Source of the DNA: Epiperipatus broadwayi
Lineage: Eukaryota; Animalia; Onychophora
NCBI GenBank assembly: GCA_028023455.1
Contig: JAQFVV010000009.1
Coordinates: 5,704,001 to 5,768,000, forward strand
DNA: 64,000 nucleotides
Reading direction: 5' to 3'
Positions 61,039 through 64,000 of the stretch are shown here, piece after piece. Within the stretch, counting starts at the first letter, position 1. Every line of letters starts with the position of its first letter. A model generated the notes under the pieces. That model saw only the letters and a list, made by a program, of their open reading frames with translations. It made no database searches and was not told where the DNA came from. The translations under genes were made by a program, and so were the position numbers.

Positions 61039-63801
61039 CTAAAGATCATAAAATTGTAGTCAATGAAAAAAGGAACAATTATTTATTATAAGATAAGAAT
61101 TATTTTAAAATTATCGTAATAATAAGATTTTTTTTAAGTATCAATATTTATTATAAATTTTATATTCAAATTCAATTAGTAATGTCATTTAGTAAAAATG
61201 TAGTTAATATCTAAAACTTTGGTTTTCAAGTAATGATTTAAATTAATTTCATGTGTAAAACATTTATTGATTTTAATATTTTAAAAGAGAAACAGAAAAA
61301 TCTTTAAGTTAAAAAGTTGTAAAAGTTGGTTTGTGAAATTGTCCAATGAGAAGTCAAGTAAATAGGTTGCTAACATCACTTATCCCAGGGTTTTTAAGGA
61401 AAACAAATACAGATCTGGGAGAAGAGATTCAAGAAACTTAAAAAGCAGATATCTGTTTTAATATTTTTCTCAGTAAAATATAAAAGTTAAAATATTCCAA
61501 GTTTAACAAGTCAAAAAAAATTGTATTTAAAAGCAGTCTAAATGTATAAAAGATTTTAAAAGTAATTATTAATACCATGGAGTGAATAAGTTAATCTTCA
61601 TTACAATCTGGTTGCCAATTCTGATTGTCTAAGTCTAGCCAAGATAATACCCAAGAAGTTTGAAAAATCCAGTTGTTAATTTTAATTTTGCCTATGATAG
61701 CCATGAAAAAGGAAACCCAACTGTAGTGCTTCACAGAGAAACTTAACTGCATCCATGTAAGAAAGCATTCATTTATCTTTGTTAAATTAAGTGTTTTTAT
61801 TAATCATAAATTGTAAAGGAGAAACTAATCAAAATGTCTTAGAAAGAAAATTTTAAAAGCTCATAAAATTACTTGGTCGAACGTTAAGAAGCAAAAAAAA
61901 AACTAATAATAATTAATTGATAGAGAGTAATAAGTTTAAGAGAACTAATATTCATTTGAATAGAATAATTGATATTTAAGAAACTACACAATTTTGAAGA
62001 AAATGTTTAGTCTATACTTAATGAAAAAAATGAAAAAACAGACAAAAGTTGAATCAATATTTCTTATGCTTGAATATAAAGTGAATTTTTATTATCATAT
62101 GATAAGAAAGGAACAGTAAAATTGGAATGATAATCTAGAAAATCTTTTCAACTTTTTAACAGTAAATGACAATCATGGAGATAACACTCCATAATGCATA
62201 AAGTTAAATGAGTTTATTGAGATGTATTTAGTATTAGAAGAGTAATGAAGCACAGGAAAGGGGATGAAATATGTTAAGAAATGTATTGATGGATTAGTTA
62301 AAATGTATTTAAAAGTTTTGCAACATAGGAAAAGAAAAAATGCACATGTAACTTTAAATTAGAAAGGAAGGATGCATCCAATTTAAATTTTTGCCCAGTT
62401 AGTATATGCTTGTTTATTTAATGTGTTGTATAAACATACGTATATTTTAGAAGACAGAAGATGGGAGAAGCAGCCAAAGTGGTGAAGAAGGAAGAATATC
62501 TACAGGGTGACTATGGTAAAAATGGAAATAGAAGTTTGAAATGAGCTTTAAAATAATAATAATAAGAAGAAGAAGAGGAGGAGTCATTTCCATCACAAGG
62601 TCATATCAATAAGGCACACTATCCACATTGAATTGTACATATCACATTTGACTTCATGCATTATTTGAAGAGTTCTGTTTAACATTTTTATAATTAAGAC
62701 ACTAACTATCAATTGCTTTAAATTATAATTATAATAAAGAAAGCTTATGGTACCTCATATTTTTATTAGATTCAAAAGAATTTTGAAGAGCCATATGAAA
62801 AAAACTATTAAATATTCCAAAATGGAGAGCATATAATAGAAATTAGCAATATGTTTGAGAGTCACATGCTAATTTGGTAATTGAAATTGAAATATATGTT
62901 ATATCATAATTTAAAAGTATTATATAATTTCAGAATACAAGTTACTAACCAAATAGACTTTAAGGTTTGTAATTCTGAAGGAGTTAATTAAATTGGGTGA
63001 ATGCTAACTAATTGAGAGATGTCTTTCATGGAATTAGACTTGTAGATAATAATGGGGGGATAAAGCTTTGATTATAAGAAAATAAGTATTCTAGAGGAAT
63101 TATTGTTAACATAAGTATGAGAATAAATCTTAGAAAAAGTAGATTAAATTATTTAAGGGAAGGTAATGAGTAGATAATGAGTGTTAATTTCCATGTCTTA
63201 TTATTTTAGTTAGATTAAGTTTCCAATAGGAGATTGAGCAAGGTTTGTAATGGTAAATATGATTTTATTAAATGGTTGGATTCCAGTAAAAACTCTCTTG
63301 TGATTCACTTATTTAATTATCAATCTAATGGTTATATTAGATTTAGAATAGAATACTTATGATCCCCGAGATAGCCATAGGATAGCATCAATTATTTTAA
63401 GTAATGTAATTTTGTTAATGTTCTTATTTCAAGATTCTTAAATCATAGAAGAGTAGTTTAAATCATTATTTAAATAAAATATTGTTATTTATTATTTGTT
63501 GTGGGAATTTTCCTAATGATTATAACAGGATGGTAGTAGGAGAATTTTCACAATAGCAATGCCATTGAAGAGTGTATTTTATATACTTCCCAATGTTAAA
63601 ACCACTCTCTTGTAATCATCCTTAAAGTCTATCTTATGTTTTAATATTTAGCAAGATTTAAGCCCCATAAAGAGTCTTATACTTTATTGTTGTTATACTT
63701 GATGGTTTATTATTGACCTAGTATAGGAGGGATACAATAAAGAGAAGGTGTAGGATAAGGTAGAGAGGTGTGCTGGAAGAACAACTGGAAGGGAAGGTTA
63801 C

Positions 63802-63871
63802 AATATATATATATGTCAATAGATTGCACTAATGTTATAATATATATATATGTCAATAGATTGCACTAATG
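63802..63871. repeat. ~38-bp tandem duplication
   Basis: aatatatatatatgtcaatagattgcactaatg occurs twice. Confidence 0.85.
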
Positions 63872-64000
63872 AGGTAATTGCAACAATATACTGTAAATTC
63901 ATGGCTACTTGTTTCAAGAAACTGAGTATTTTTTTAAAAAAATTGTAATTTCTGCATAAAACGTTTGGAAATTAAAGACCAAACATATCTGAAGATCATG

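Noticed and set aside
63000-63800. Possible decayed LINE fragment on the minus strand
   Set aside because: The composition is suggestive, but I could not read any RT or endonuclease motif.

Overview
Very AT-rich, CpG-poor animal genomic DNA (probably an arthropod; the species cannot be determined from sequence alone). I found no intact host gene. The only host-like coding sequence is a disabled ~0.9 kb exon of a CLEC16A/ema homolog (7045-7962, minus). The rest is non-coding DNA with many transposon remnants: (i) a young 3.1 kb L1/Tx1-type non-LTR element with an 18-bp TSD that keeps ORF1 and only a stub of ORF2; (ii) a decayed Ty3/gypsy gag-pol; (iii) a Merlin DNA transposon with TIRs and an 8-bp TSD; (iv) a decayed RTE LINE; (v) Penelope-like (PLE) RT and GIY-YIG fragments. 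Main result of the hunt: five repeats with no obvious similarity to one another, which look like MITEs or tandem/inverted duplications, each carry a minimal type I hammerhead-ribozyme motif (CUGAnGA core, short stem II, GAA, palindromic stem III). Each family has a different palindrome. One is a 475-nt multimer with three identical motifs, and one is fused to a tRNA-derived Pol III head and sits 3' of a PLE endonuclease fragment. All structures and alignments were read by eye. None was computed or searched against a database.
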